NCBI GenBank assembly: GCA_951406725.2
Contig: OX597818.1
Coordinates: forward strand, 2,852,001 to 2,916,000
Origin: Octopus vulgaris
Taxonomy: Eukaryota
Reading direction: 5' to 3'
Length of the DNA stretch: 64,000 bases
The translations under genes and the position numbers were made by a program. Below are positions 63,972-64,000 of this stretch, in pieces (position 1 is the stretch's first letter; each line of letters opens with the position of its first letter). The notes below the pieces were generated by a model. It saw only the letters and a program-made list of their open reading frames with translations, searched no databases and was not told the DNA's origin.

Positions 63972-64000
63972 ATGGGTATATATGTACATATATATATATA
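61225..64000 (+). mobile_element. Three head-to-tail non-autonomous Helitrons (61225-62416, 62417-63141, 63142-end)
   Basis: 5' TC starts; 3' hairpin ACCTGC..GCGGGT plus CTAG at 63110-63141; weaker hairpin plus CTA at 62388-62416; the first and third copies are homologous. Confidence 0.75.
63665..63890 (+). mobile_element. tRNA-derived SINE nested in a Helitron
   Basis: TGGCCTAGTGG A box, GGTTTCGATTC B box, (AAAAAC)n tail. Confidence 0.8.

Overview
AT-rich, microsatellite-rich eukaryotic DNA that is almost entirely transposon-derived. The repeat types (RTE LINEs with (GAT)n tails, Nin/Deu-domain tRNA SINEs, Penelope-like elements, R4/Dong-like RLE LINEs, Gypsy, Tc1/mariner/DD37D, Helitrons) suggest a mollusc, probably an octopus; this is inference and no search was run. 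No intact host gene is visible. Four things stand out. (1) About ten hammerhead-ribozyme-like motifs from at least five sequence families. Two sit in ORF-less ~450-550 nt circularly permuted units with a fold-back copy (Penelope pLTR or retrozyme-like), and four share a CUGU(A/U)GA-type core variant. (2) The small non-repeat islands contain minus-strand exon-like segments that resemble, in the correct order, a polycystin (PKD1-like) channel. They carry stops, frameshifts and a LINE insertion, so this is a probable pseudogene spread over ~40 kb. (3) Two LINEs of different clades (L1/Tx1 and RTE) have 5'-inverted, twin-priming-type structure. (4) RTE 3' UTRs carry arrays of a putative small pseudoknot motif. 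All family assignments come from motif recognition by eye, and boundaries are approximate unless a terminal motif is cited.
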